A stretch of 64,000 nucleotides of DNA from an uncultured bacterium. Lineage in GTDB: Bacteria > Patescibacteriota > Minisyncoccia > UBA6257 > 2-01-FULL-56-20. The notes beneath the pieces are model-generated. The model was given only the letters and a program-made list of their open reading frames with translations. It had not been told where the DNA came from and did not search any database. A program made the position numbers and the translations under genes. The stretch spans positions 848,619 to 912,618 of the forward strand of contig CAVOJZ010000002.1 of assembly GCA_963696395.1 (NCBI GenBank), read 5' to 3'. Of the stretch, positions 55,574 to 64,000 are shown one piece after another (the stretch's first letter is position 1; each line of letters opens with the position of its first letter).

Positions 55574-56797
55574 ATGATACAAAAAGAAATCGTTCCTCAT
55601 CAGCTTGGTATCCGTGATCTTGTGCGGCTTTCTGTACGAAGTTTTTCTGCAAAACCGACACGCACCATCCTCACGATTGTCGGAACGTCGGTTGGTATTG
55701 CCACGGTTGTGGTTCTTGTTTCGCTCGGATATGGGTTGCAGGGTATTTTGCTCGGAAAGCTCATTACCACGCCGCAATCGCTCATAACCTGCTGTGCCTC
55801 ATACCCTTCGGACAGCAGCCTCGTTATAGATCAGGCGAAAGTTGACGCAACTTCAAAACTTCCCGACGTTGCCGAGGTGAGTCCGGAGGCCGAATTTCCG
55901 GGCGCCGTGGAGCTGCCAGGCGGCGCTTCCGGCCTTGTCCTAGTGGACATCGCCGATTCAAACTATTTCCCGTTGTCAGGAGATCTGCCCGATATTGGCA
56001 AAGGATTCGGACCATCGGGCGGTGTCATCATAACGAGCCAGGCGCTGCGACTGCTCGACCTCTCATCAACAGCTTCCACGCTCGGCAAGGAGGTTCTTGT
56101 AACCGCTTTCTATCCCGGTCCCGCAGGAGGCAATGCCTATGACGTCACTTCGACAACTGCAGTCCCGATTACCGGCATTGTTGTCAATAACGCGGAAACG
56201 CCGACCATTATCGTTTCGAACACTTCATTTCCGGTTGCCCCGCCTTATTACAAACAGGTTTATGTCGAAGCAAAAAATGATTCGGCGTTCACCGATTTGC
56301 GAAGCACGCTCGTCGGACAGGGGTTTGTGATTTCCGCCCACATTGATCTCGTCCGACAGGCTCAGCAAGTGACAAACATTATTACGATCATACTCGGCAT
56401 CTTTGGCATCGCTGCACTTCTCGTTTCGGCGATCGGCATGTTCAATACGATGATCGTCGGATTTCTCGAACGAACATACGAAGTTGGAGTTATGAAGGCG
56501 CTTGGCGCCACAGATAGCGACGTGCGGCGTTTGTTTTTGACCGAGGCGCTTGTCATGGGCGTTGCCGGAGGTATTGTCGGCATCGTACTTGGCGTCGGGA
56601 TTGGGTGGCTTCTTAATCTTGTCGTGAGCCTTGTCTCCCAGCATTACGGCGGCGGCGCTTTTACTTTATTTGTGTCGCCTCTCTGGTTTATACTGGTTGT
56701 TATTGGCGTATCGGCTCTGATCGGCCTCGCAGCCGGATTTATTCCCGCGCGGCGCGCGACTCAGCTTTCGCCAAAAGAAGCATTCGTCAGGAAGTAG
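55574..56797 (+). CDS. FtsX/MacB-family ABC permease (N-terminal TM, large extracytoplasmic domain, three C-terminal TMs)
   Basis: Topology as stated, with the FtsX-domain motif LERTYEVGVMKALGATD. Confidence 0.85.
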   Translation: MIQKEIVPHQLGIRDLVRLSVRSFSAKPTRTILTIVGTSVGIATVVVLVSLGYGLQGILLGKLITTPQSLITCCASYPSDSSLVIDQAKVDATSKLPDVAEVSPEAEFPGAVELPGGASGLVLVDIADSNYFPLSGDLPDIGKGFGPSGGVIITSQALRLLDLSSTASTLGKEVLVTAFYPGPAGGNAYDVTSTTAVPITGIVVNNAETPTIIVSNTSFPVAPPYYKQVYVEAKNDSAFTDLRSTLVGQGFVISAHIDLVRQAQQVTNIITIILGIFGIAALLVSAIGMFNTMIVGFLERTYEVGVMKALGATDSDVRRLFLTEALVMGVAGGIVGIVLGVGIGWLLNLVVSLVSQHYGGGAFTLFVSPLWFILVVIGVSALIGLAAGFIPARRATQLSPKEAFVRK

Positions 56798-56809
56798 TCG
56801 TTTCCCGGC

Positions 56810-57781
56810 ATGAAATACGATATTTATTTTCATAATGATTTTGATGGCCGCGCGTGCGCCGCTGTTATGCTCGCTTTTTTACGCAGTCGCGGGGACGACA
56901 TTGAGCACTGCACGGCAGTGAATTATTACCTTCAGGCGGAATGGTTGGACGAGCGTTTTTTCGAAAAACACACTTTTTTCAAAGGAAAGCGGAACCCCGC
57001 TATCGTCGTGGATTTCCTTTATCATCCGAAAGCCGCATGGTGGTTCGATCATCATCCGACCACGTTTAAAAAAGAGGCATGGGGAAAGAACTATAAAGCC
57101 GATAAACAGCACAGCCTGAAACCGCAGTATCCTTCGTGTACACATCTCGTTCTGGCATCGCTCGAGAAAAATTTTGCCTGGCACCCGCCGAAGCATATCG
57201 TTGAACTCGTGAAGTGGCTGGATGTCATCGATGGCGCCAATTACCGATCCGCCCGCCAGACGATAGAAGTAAAGGAACCTGCTTTACAGGTGGATGAATT
57301 CATTGAGCGGAAAGCGCATAGCAGCGCCGAGGACGCCCGCATAATTGATTTGCTTTCCCGTCTCCCGCTTAAAAATATTGCGGCCCTGCCTGAAGTCAAG
57401 AAGTTTGTTTCTTGGATCAAAAAGGAAGACAAAAAGGGCCTCGTCTTTTGCCGGGAGAATGCCAGGATCGTTGGGGGAGTTTGCTCATTGGACCGAAGCA
57501 AATCTGCGCTGAAATTTCCGCATTTTGCTTTGCAATATCTTTTCCCTCGAATTGTGTATTTTATCAGAATAAGCGAACGGGACGGACTCTATCACATCAA
57601 TCTCGGTGTTAGTCCTTGGAAACGGGATAAAAGCACAATACGCGTTGATAGAATCCTAAAGCAATTCGGCGGTGGCGGACACAAAGATGTCGGAGGTGTT
57701 GAATTTAAAACGCACAGCGAAGCTCTTTCGGCAATGTCCGCCATAATCGCAATCATTAATCGTTCTCCGGAGCATGCCTAA
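56810..57781 (+). CDS. DHH-family phosphoesterase (NrnA-like nanoRNase/pAp phosphatase)
   Basis: DHH motif variant YFHNDFDGRACA, a C-terminal DHHA1 domain and the GGGH motif. Confidence 0.8.
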   Translation: MKYDIYFHNDFDGRACAAVMLAFLRSRGDDIEHCTAVNYYLQAEWLDERFFEKHTFFKGKRNPAIVVDFLYHPKAAWWFDHHPTTFKKEAWGKNYKADKQHSLKPQYPSCTHLVLASLEKNFAWHPPKHIVELVKWLDVIDGANYRSARQTIEVKEPALQVDEFIERKAHSSAEDARIIDLLSRLPLKNIAALPEVKKFVSWIKKEDKKGLVFCRENARIVGGVCSLDRSKSALKFPHFALQYLFPRIVYFIRISERDGLYHINLGVSPWKRDKSTIRVDRILKQFGGGGHKDVGGVEFKTHSEALSAMSAIIAIINRSPEHA

Positions 57782-58388
57782 AAAACAAAAGTATTACGCC
57801 TATTTCATCCCCGGCAAAAATAGTTCCGGCGTGGTGTCTGATTGGAAGGAATGCGAAAAGATGGTTAAAGGGGTATACGGAGCGCGGTTTAAGGCATTTG
57901 AAGCAAAACCAGAAGCGGAGGCATGGCTTCGCACCGGCGCGCGGTATGAACTAAAAACGCAGCCTAAATTGCGACCGGGGATCTATTTTGATGCCGGGAC
58001 GGGGCGGGGGGACGGCGTGGAGATCAGCGTGACGGACGAGCATGGTAAAAATCTCCTGCATAAAGTGCTTTCAAAAAGGGCAGTTAACCGTTTCGGAAAG
58101 CATGTGATCGGAAATGAGGCGGCTACGAATAATTATGGCGAACTTCTTGCGTTGAAATATGCGCTTGAAATTGCGCACAAGGAAAAAATCAAAAAGGTAT
58201 TCGGGGACAGCAAGCTGGTCATCGAGTTTTGGTCGCAGTGGCGTATAAAGCGAAACGATCTTCCGGAGGATACTGTTGATCTCGCTGACGAGGTTTCCGC
58301 ATTGAGGGAAACATTTGAAGCCAATGGCGGCGTGATCGAACGGATTTCCGGCGATTATAATCCGGCAGATCTCGGATTTCACTCGTAG
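57774..58388 (+). CDS. rnhA: ribonuclease H (RNase H1-like) with an N-terminal hybrid-binding domain
   Basis: HBD/Cauli_VI-like N-terminus (YYAYFIPGKNSSGVVSDWKECEKMVKGVYGARFKAFEAKPEAEAWL), then an RNase H fold with DEDD residues. Overlaps the DHH gene by 8 nt. Confidence 0.8.
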   Translation: MPKKQKYYAYFIPGKNSSGVVSDWKECEKMVKGVYGARFKAFEAKPEAEAWLRTGARYELKTQPKLRPGIYFDAGTGRGDGVEISVTDEHGKNLLHKVLSKRAVNRFGKHVIGNEAATNNYGELLALKYALEIAHKEKIKKVFGDSKLVIEFWSQWRIKRNDLPEDTVDLADEVSALRETFEANGGVIERISGDYNPADLGFHS

Positions 58389-58399
58389 TTATAAAAAAT

Positions 58400-58426
58400 C
58401 GCCGACGCATAGCTATCGCGTCGGCG
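58400..58426. terminator. hairpin downstream of rnhA (possible terminator)
   Basis: 9-bp stem cgccgacgc / gcgtcggcg with a 9-nt loop, flanked by an A-run. No clean T-run on the + strand. Confidence 0.4.
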
Positions 58427-58726
58427 CGGGTATTCTATTTTCGTACCTTGCTCCGCCTTTTGCCGAATGTGCGGAATTTTTCGGGCGGGTTAATGCGGGG
58501 TTTGGTTTGGTGGTGGGGAAGAATACGTCTTGGGACTTCTTCAGGAGGCTCGGCAAAAGGACCATCGGCAGCATGCAGGTGGGACTTGCGTTTCCACATC
58601 GTTTTCTTGTCTTCTCCTTTTACGAAAATAATAAATCGCACTTGTAGCGCGATGGAACTGTTTCTTATGATACGCCGGCGTCGTATCGCGTCAATAGATT
58701 TTTTTCCACAGGCATGCTATCATGAC

Positions 58727-59124
58727 TATCGGCAATCCAGACGATCGCTCTTCGTTCCGCAAAACGGTGGCGAGGGGAGGAAAGTCCGGACACTCACATT
58801 GCGAAAGCAGTGATAACAATGTAGCAGCTAACAGCTGTCTGCCGTAAGGCAAGAGATGCGATCAGTGACGCCCGTGCTTGAAAAGGCGCGGGGAGCCCTA
58901 TCCCAAGCTTGATGGCTCAATTCCGCCATAGGGATGACAAAGCGGAGGTGAAACGGCAAAATTCTTACAGAGTGCAAGGCCGCGCCTCATGCGCCGCGAA
59001 AGCGATGCATGAGGAGTGCCGCTCGAGTCCGCGAGTGATCAAGGACCCAGATAAATGATCGTCCCTCGCGCGTTGCGAAGCAATGTGCGGGCGACAGAAT
59101 CCGGCTTACGGATTGCCGCATGCG
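58727..59124 (+). ncRNA. rnpB: RNase P RNA (bacterial type)
   Basis: The P4 halves GGGGAGGAAAGUCCGG and ACAGAAUCCGGCUUA. P1 pairing of ggcaatcc (58731-58738) with ggattgcc (59110-59117). Length about 400 nt, with a terminator immediately after. Confidence 0.8.
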
Positions 59125-59149
59125 AAACCCGCCCAAAAGGCGGGTTTTT
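59125..59149 (+). terminator. rho-independent terminator of rnpB
   Basis: aaacccgcc / ggcgggttt stem with loop caaaa, then TTTTT. Confidence 0.85.
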
Positions 59150-59177
59150 GCTGTGCGGTGAATGTTAGACTAATAGT

Positions 59178-61700
59178 ATGGACGAAACTCTGGACCTGAC
59201 CGTTCTCGCAAAACAAACCAACGACGAAATCTTTAAAGCTCTCAAAAGTTCGCCGGCAGGTCTCACGGCGCAGGAGGCGTCAAAACGACTGAAGCTGTAC
59301 GGTTTAAATGAATTTGCCGGAAAGAAAAAACTTCAGCCGGTTGAGATCTTTTTTTCCAAATTCAAAAGTCCGCTTTTGCTTTTACTTATCGCCGCCGCGA
59401 TAATTTCCGGCATTCTCGGTTCCCATATTGAAGCGACGGTGATTTTGGCGATTGTTCTCGGCAGCGCGTTCATTGATTTTATTAATACCTATAAATCGGC
59501 TCAAGCGGCCGAAGCGCTTCAGGAGCAAGTTACAATCACGGCGGGCGTCCTTCGCGGCGGCGAGATTAAAGAACGGAATATGCGGGAAGTTGTCCCGGGC
59601 GATGTTGTTTCGCTCGAAGCCGGAGACTTGGTTCCCGCCGACTGCATATTGCTTGAAGCGCGGGACTTGTTCCTAAACGAAAGCGTTCTCACCGGCGAGT
59701 CGTTGCCGGCCGAAAAAATGCCGGATAAGTCCGGAGAAAAAATGCTCTATTTGGGCACGAGCGTTGTTTCCGGAAAGGGAACCGCCGTGGCCGTTGTTAC
59801 CGGCGTGAAAACTAAGGTTGGCAGTATTGCGGGAAAACTCAAGCGCCCGGATGCGCCAACGGAATTCGAGAAAAATTTGAAAGACTTTAGCCTATTTATT
59901 TTTCGGACGACCCTATTTCTTGTCCTCGCGGTCATTCTTCTTAATATTTTCGTAATCGGCCGCAATTCCCTCGACATCTTTTTGTTCGCCGTAGCAATCG
60001 CCGTCGGCCTTACGCCCGAACTTTTGCCGCTCATCGTAACGAGCAATCTCGCAAAAGGTGCGATCGAAATGTCCAAGAACGGCGTGATCGTAAAGAAGCT
60101 GGCGGCGATCCATAACTTTGGCAGCGTTGATGTCCTTTGTACCGATAAAACGGGCACGCTCACCGAGGATCGCATCGTCCTCATGAAATCCCTCGACGAA
60201 TTCGGTCGCGACAGCGCAGCGACCCATTATTGGGCATACGTTAGCAGCATGCACCAAACCGGAATCAGGGGAGTGATGGATCATGCCATCCAGCAATTCA
60301 CGACTATCAATGTTAAAGAATGGGAAAAGGTTGACGAAATTCCGTTCGACGCCGAACGGCGATGCGAATCTGTGATTGTGAAAAGCAAAAAGGGGACAGT
60401 GCTTATTGCGAAGGGCGCACCGGAGGAGATTTTAAAAATCGCGGACCACTACGGCGTGGAGGCGCCAAAAAAACTTACCGCATCCGTTCGTGCGGCCATC
60501 AATAAAGAATACGAACACCTTTCAACCAATGGATTCCGGGTGCTCGCGGTCGGCATTAAGAAGGTTACCGCAAAGAAAGAACCGTACACCAAGACCGACG
60601 AAAACAATCTTTCTTTTGTGGGGTTCCTGGCATTTCTGGATCCGCCTAAGCGCAGCGTTAAGGATACGCTCAAGAAAATGGCGATTTATAACGTTAGCAT
60701 CAAAATCATTACCGGTGATAATTTCCTGGTAACCAAAAACATTGCCGAGGAGATCGGCCTGCCGATTAGAAATCCATTGACGGGCGAAGACCTCGCAAAA
60801 CTCGACGAACATCAGTTGAAGGCCAAGGTTGACCAGTCGAACATTTTCACGCGCGTGAACCCGGAACAGAAAGAGGCGATCATCCGTGCTTTGCGGCAAA
60901 ACGGTCATGTGGTTGCCTATATGGGCGACGGCGTGAACGATGTGCTTTCCATCAAAGAAGCTGACGTTGGTATTTCAGTGAACAACGCCGTGGATATCGC
61001 AAAAGAAACCGCAGATATTATTTTGCTGCGCAAAGGACTCGGCGAGATTATTGATGGCATCGTGGAAGGCCGCAAAACGTTTGCGAATACCTTCAAGTAT
61101 CTTATGATGGCGCTCAGCTCGAACTTTGGAAATATGTTTAGCATGCCCATTGCGTCAATATTTCTGCCGTTTTTGCCGATGACTGCGTCACAGATCTTGC
61201 TCAATAATTTCCTTTATGACTCGTCTCAGCTCGCCATTCCCTTTGATCACGTTGATCCGGATTTTCTCGAACGCCCAAAAAAATTCGACATCGGCTTCAT
61301 GAAGAAATTTATGATCATTTTTGGCCCACTAAGCTCCTGCTTCGACTTTGCCACATTCGGCGTTTTGCTTTTTGTGCTGCGTTATACCGGTGCAGCCTTT
61401 CAGACCGGTTGGTTCCTGGAGTCGATTGCCACACAAACACTGGTTGTGAACATCATCCGCAGCCGGGCGGATTTCTGGAAGAATGGCGGCCCGAGCAAGG
61501 CGCTTGCCTTTGCCACATTCGGCGCCGTCGGCACGGCATGGGGGATTACGTATTCGTTTCTTGGACCGGCACTAAACTTTACCCGCTTCGGGCTCTATCC
61601 TGTTTTTCTTATCGTGGTAATCGTTATCGTTTACCTCTTCGCCGTTGAAGTGGTTAAAAAATATTTCTATCGGAGATACGGATATCTCATAGAAAAATAA
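59178..61700 (+). CDS. mgtA: Mg2+-importing P-type ATPase (MgtA-like, P3B)
   Basis: Phosphorylation motif CTDKTGTLT, TGES and GDGVNDV. 840 aa with 10 TM helices. Confidence 0.9.
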   Translation: MDETLDLTVLAKQTNDEIFKALKSSPAGLTAQEASKRLKLYGLNEFAGKKKLQPVEIFFSKFKSPLLLLLIAAAIISGILGSHIEATVILAIVLGSAFIDFINTYKSAQAAEALQEQVTITAGVLRGGEIKERNMREVVPGDVVSLEAGDLVPADCILLEARDLFLNESVLTGESLPAEKMPDKSGEKMLYLGTSVVSGKGTAVAVVTGVKTKVGSIAGKLKRPDAPTEFEKNLKDFSLFIFRTTLFLVLAVILLNIFVIGRNSLDIFLFAVAIAVGLTPELLPLIVTSNLAKGAIEMSKNGVIVKKLAAIHNFGSVDVLCTDKTGTLTEDRIVLMKSLDEFGRDSAATHYWAYVSSMHQTGIRGVMDHAIQQFTTINVKEWEKVDEIPFDAERRCESVIVKSKKGTVLIAKGAPEEILKIADHYGVEAPKKLTASVRAAINKEYEHLSTNGFRVLAVGIKKVTAKKEPYTKTDENNLSFVGFLAFLDPPKRSVKDTLKKMAIYNVSIKIITGDNFLVTKNIAEEIGLPIRNPLTGEDLAKLDEHQLKAKVDQSNIFTRVNPEQKEAIIRALRQNGHVVAYMGDGVNDVLSIKEADVGISVNNAVDIAKETADIILLRKGLGEIIDGIVEGRKTFANTFKYLMMALSSNFGNMFSMPIASIFLPFLPMTASQILLNNFLYDSSQLAIPFDHVDPDFLERPKKFDIGFMKKFMIIFGPLSSCFDFATFGVLLFVLRYTGAAFQTGWFLESIATQTLVVNIIRSRADFWKNGGPSKALAFATFGAVGTAWGITYSFLGPALNFTRFGLYPVFLIVVIVIVYLFAVEVVKKYFYRRYGYLIEK

Positions 61701-61719
61701 TGTCCGCTCTCTCGTCGCC

Positions 61720-62202
61720 TTATTTCCTGTTCCGCGGGATAAGCTCAACGTGCTCCGATGGGGAGATATGCAATGCTCGAAGGAGATAAAGCAAAACAGT
61801 CATGATGACGGCGGTCGCGAGAGCGAACATAAAAAGCCCGAGGCCGCAGAGAATGCCGATTGCGGCTGTCATCCAGATGAGTGCCGACGTGGTTAGATTT
61901 CGTGTGTGCTCACCGTTGTGGATGATAAGACCGGCGCCCAGAAATCCGATGCCGACCACGATATTTGCAATGACGCCAACTGCGCTATTCGCCGCCGTTG
62001 GATCGGGCAGGGTGCCAAAGCTCGCCGACGTGATATAGGGGAAGACCAATGCGACCATTGCAAAAATGGATGCGCCGCCGGCAACGAGCATTTCCGTCCG
62101 CACGCCCGCTTCTTTACCCACGACCTCACGTTCGATTCCGAGCATTGCGCCCAGTGCGAGTGCTATGCTGAACCGGATGAGCATTTGTTCAAAACTCAAC
62201 AT
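61720..62202 (-). CDS. mgtC: MgtC/SapB family membrane protein
   Basis: FSIALALGAMLGIEREVVGK, the typical MgtC N-terminus, and 4-5 TM helices. Confidence 0.85.
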   Translation of the reverse strand: MLSFEQMLIRFSIALALGAMLGIEREVVGKEAGVRTEMLVAGGASIFAMVALVFPYITSASFGTLPDPTAANSAVGVIANIVVGIGFLGAGLIIHNGEHTRNLTTSALIWMTAAIGILCGLGLFMFALATAVIMTVLLYLLRALHISPSEHVELIPRNRK

Positions 62203-62234
62203 TGTATTAATATTAGCATATCCAAAAAAATCTT

Positions 62235-63623
62235 ATGAGAACACCGATCGAGGAGATTATCAGAAAAGAAGGGGAGGAAGTCGAACTTTTCGGCTGGGTG
62301 CATGCCCGCCGCGATCATGGGAAGCTTGTGTTTATCGACCTCCGGGATCGAAGCGGTTTTGCGCAAATTGTTTTCGGCCCGAATGTTTCGAACGCATCCG
62401 AACTCCGGCTCGAGTACGTGGTGAAAGTGACCGGGAAAGTTCAAAAACGCCCGCCGAATATGGTGAACGAAAAAATTATCACGGGACATTATGAAGTGAG
62501 CGCGACTACACTCACGATCTTAAATCGTTCCAGCGAATTGCCCATTCCGGTTGATACGGACGGCTATGAAATTAACGAAGAGACGCGCTTGCGGTATCGC
62601 TACCTCGATATTCGCCGTGAACGAATCCACAAAAATCTTCAGCTGAGGCACAAGCTTATAAAATTTATCCGTGATTTTCTCGATGAGCGGGGTTTCTGGG
62701 AAATTGAAACACCGAATCTCACAAAATCCACTCCTGAAGGCGCCCGGGATTATCTTGTCCCATCCCGCATAGAAAACGGCCATTTTTACGCGTTGCCGCA
62801 GTCACCCCAGCAGTACAAACAGCTTTTGATGGTGGGAGGCATTGAAAAGTATTTCCAGATCGCACGATGTTTCCGCGACGAAGACACGCGTGGTGACCGC
62901 CAGCCGGAATTTACCCAGCTCGATATGGAACTGAGCTTTGTCGAACAGGAAGACGTTTTAAAGCTCAACGAGGAACTTTTAATTGCTATCGTCAAAAAGC
63001 TTGCACCGGAAAAGAAGATTCAGGAAATTCCATTCCCGAGAATCACCTACAAAGAGGCGATGGAGAAATACAAAACTGACCGCCCGGATATCAGAAAGGA
63101 TAAAACCGACCCAAACCTTCTTGCTTTCTGCTGGATTCTCGACTTCCCGTTTTTTGAAAAAACAGAAGAAGGAGGATGGACATTTACACATAATCCGTTT
63201 TCCGCGCCGAAACCGGAATACATGGATGACTTGCTTGCACAAAAAAATATCGGCGATATTCTCACCACGCAGTACGACGTAGCTATGAATGGCTTGGAAA
63301 TAGGCGGAGGAAGCATCCGAAACCATCGACCGGAAGCTCTAAAGACCGTTTTCACCATCATGGGTTATACCGACGAGCAAATTGAGAACAAGTTCAAGCA
63401 TATGCTTGATGCCCTTGGAAGCGGTGCCCCGCCGCATGGCGGCATCGCATGGGGCTTGGATCGCTTCGTTTCCCTGCTTGCTGCCGAGCCGAATATCCGC
63501 GAGGTGATAGCATTTCCAAAAACGGGAGACGGACGCGATCCGATGATGGGATCGCCAAGCGGAGTGGATAAGAAACAGCTTGACGAATTGGGCATAGAAA
63601 TAAAAAAAACTGCTAAGAAATAA
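62235..63623 (+). CDS. aspS: aspartate--tRNA ligase (compact form without the bacterial GAD insertion)
   Basis: OB-fold N-terminus GWVHARRDHGKLVFIDLRDRSG, motif 2 FRDEDTRGDRQPEFTQLDMELSF and motif 3 GGGSIR. 462 aa. Confidence 0.9.
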   Translation: MRTPIEEIIRKEGEEVELFGWVHARRDHGKLVFIDLRDRSGFAQIVFGPNVSNASELRLEYVVKVTGKVQKRPPNMVNEKIITGHYEVSATTLTILNRSSELPIPVDTDGYEINEETRLRYRYLDIRRERIHKNLQLRHKLIKFIRDFLDERGFWEIETPNLTKSTPEGARDYLVPSRIENGHFYALPQSPQQYKQLLMVGGIEKYFQIARCFRDEDTRGDRQPEFTQLDMELSFVEQEDVLKLNEELLIAIVKKLAPEKKIQEIPFPRITYKEAMEKYKTDRPDIRKDKTDPNLLAFCWILDFPFFEKTEEGGWTFTHNPFSAPKPEYMDDLLAQKNIGDILTTQYDVAMNGLEIGGGSIRNHRPEALKTVFTIMGYTDEQIENKFKHMLDALGSGAPPHGGIAWGLDRFVSLLAAEPNIREVIAFPKTGDGRDPMMGSPSGVDKKQLDELGIEIKKTAKK

Positions 63624-63631
63624 TAAAAAAC

Positions 63632-64000
63632 ATGACACATCCAAAGGAAGAGCAGACCTATGTAATGTTAAAACCCGATGCGATCCAAAAGGGTCTCATC
63701 GGAGAGGTCATCAAGCGCTTCGAACAGCGCGATTTGAAGATTATCGCGCTCGAAATGTTTCAGCCGACAAAGACGCAAATTGACGATCATTATCCGAAAG
63801 ACGAAGCATGGATCCGCCGTGTGGGGCAGAAAACCCTTTCAACCTACGAGAAATATGGCATCAGCCCAAAGGAAGAGCTCGGTACCGACAACGATCTCGA
63901 AATCGGTAAAGAGGTCAGAAAGTGGCTCGTTGACTATATGGTTTCGGCGCCTTTGGTTCGTATGGTTGTGCAAGGAATTCATGCCATCGATGCAGTACGA
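63632..64000 (+). CDS. ndk: nucleoside diphosphate kinase (3' end outside window)
   Basis: YVMLKPDAIQKGLIGEVIKRFE. The active-site His region continues past the window end. Confidence 0.85.
   Translation, partial: MTHPKEEQTYVMLKPDAIQKGLIGEVIKRFEQRDLKIIALEMFQPTKTQIDDHYPKDEAWIRRVGQKTLSTYEKYGISPKEELGTDNDLEIGKEVRKWLVDYMVSAPLVRMVVQGIHAIDAVR

Noticed and set aside
58435-58641. Minus-strand highly basic 68-aa ORF (MRFIIFVKGEDKKTMWKRKSH...) between rnhA and rnpB, with a possible downstream hairpin
   Set aside because: It starts with GTG. The internal ATG has a poorly spaced SD. There is no recognisable ribosomal-protein or nucleic-acid-binding signature. The basic composition is expected from antisense of a GC/AT-skewed region. 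It is left as unresolved rather than called.
1-64000. Mobile elements, integrases, reverse transcriptase/DGR or prophage genes
   Set aside because: I found no transposase, integrase or RT motifs (no YxDD box) and no terminal inverted repeats flanking a cargo. The repeat-rich genes are internally repetitive surface proteins, not insertion sequences.

Overview
This 64 kb window (GC about 50%, standard genetic code) is gene-dense. Most of it is conserved housekeeping synteny on the + strand. Many of the enzymes are unusually short or lack accessory domains (ProRS, AspRS, PGK, HrcA), and there is no L30 gene between S5 and L15. Together with the number of giant repeat-rich surface proteins, this makes me infer a reduced-genome Patescibacteria (CPR) origin. 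I cannot verify that taxonomy from the sequence alone.

Housekeeping backbone, in order:
- rpsE (3' end), rplO, secY, adk, map, a GT2 glycosyltransferase, greA, an ABC-2 transporter, ychF, recR-dnaB, cysS and corA.
- hrcA-grpE-dnaK, an inserted membrane-protein gene, dnaJ, acyP and proS.
- mreBCD-mrdA, a GalT-like gene, rplU, malic enzyme, a GT39 glycosyltransferase, a VirD4/HerA-like ATPase and pgk.
- A DHH phosphoesterase, an RNase H with a hybrid-binding domain, RNase P RNA (rnpB), mgtA, mgtC, aspS and ndk (5' end).

Two accessory cell-surface loci stand out:
- A cluster of secreted proteins at about 8.5-17.7 kb. It holds two paralogous Ser/Thr-rich secreted proteins, an ASH/Fn3 secreted protein, a 1,260-aa NHL beta-propeller protein with BACON-like domains, a poly-glycine microsatellite linker and a C-terminal peptidoglycan-binding domain. 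A regulator with two LuxR-type HTH domains follows it.
- A translationally coupled operon at about 43.3-56.8 kb. It encodes a 3,223-aa secreted giant (tandem glycine-rich domains, a DUF4082-like module and more than 20 fibronectin-III-like repeats). After it come a stand-alone receiver domain, a MacB/FtsE-like ABC ATPase with a long, internally repeated C-terminal extension, and an FtsX-family permease. A small wHTH plus Cas2-fold (PaaX-like) regulator lies immediately upstream.

Other signals worth a second look:
- An approximately 90-nt GC-rich, perfectly stemmed element in the corA/hrcA divergent intergenic region.
- A CorA with an SMN signature in place of GMN.
- An Mg2+ gene set (corA, mgtA, mgtC) with mgtA only about 30 nt downstream of the rnpB terminator.
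- A membrane VirD4/HerA-family ATPase.

No CRISPR array, reverse transcriptase, transposase, integrase or tRNA gene could be supported.
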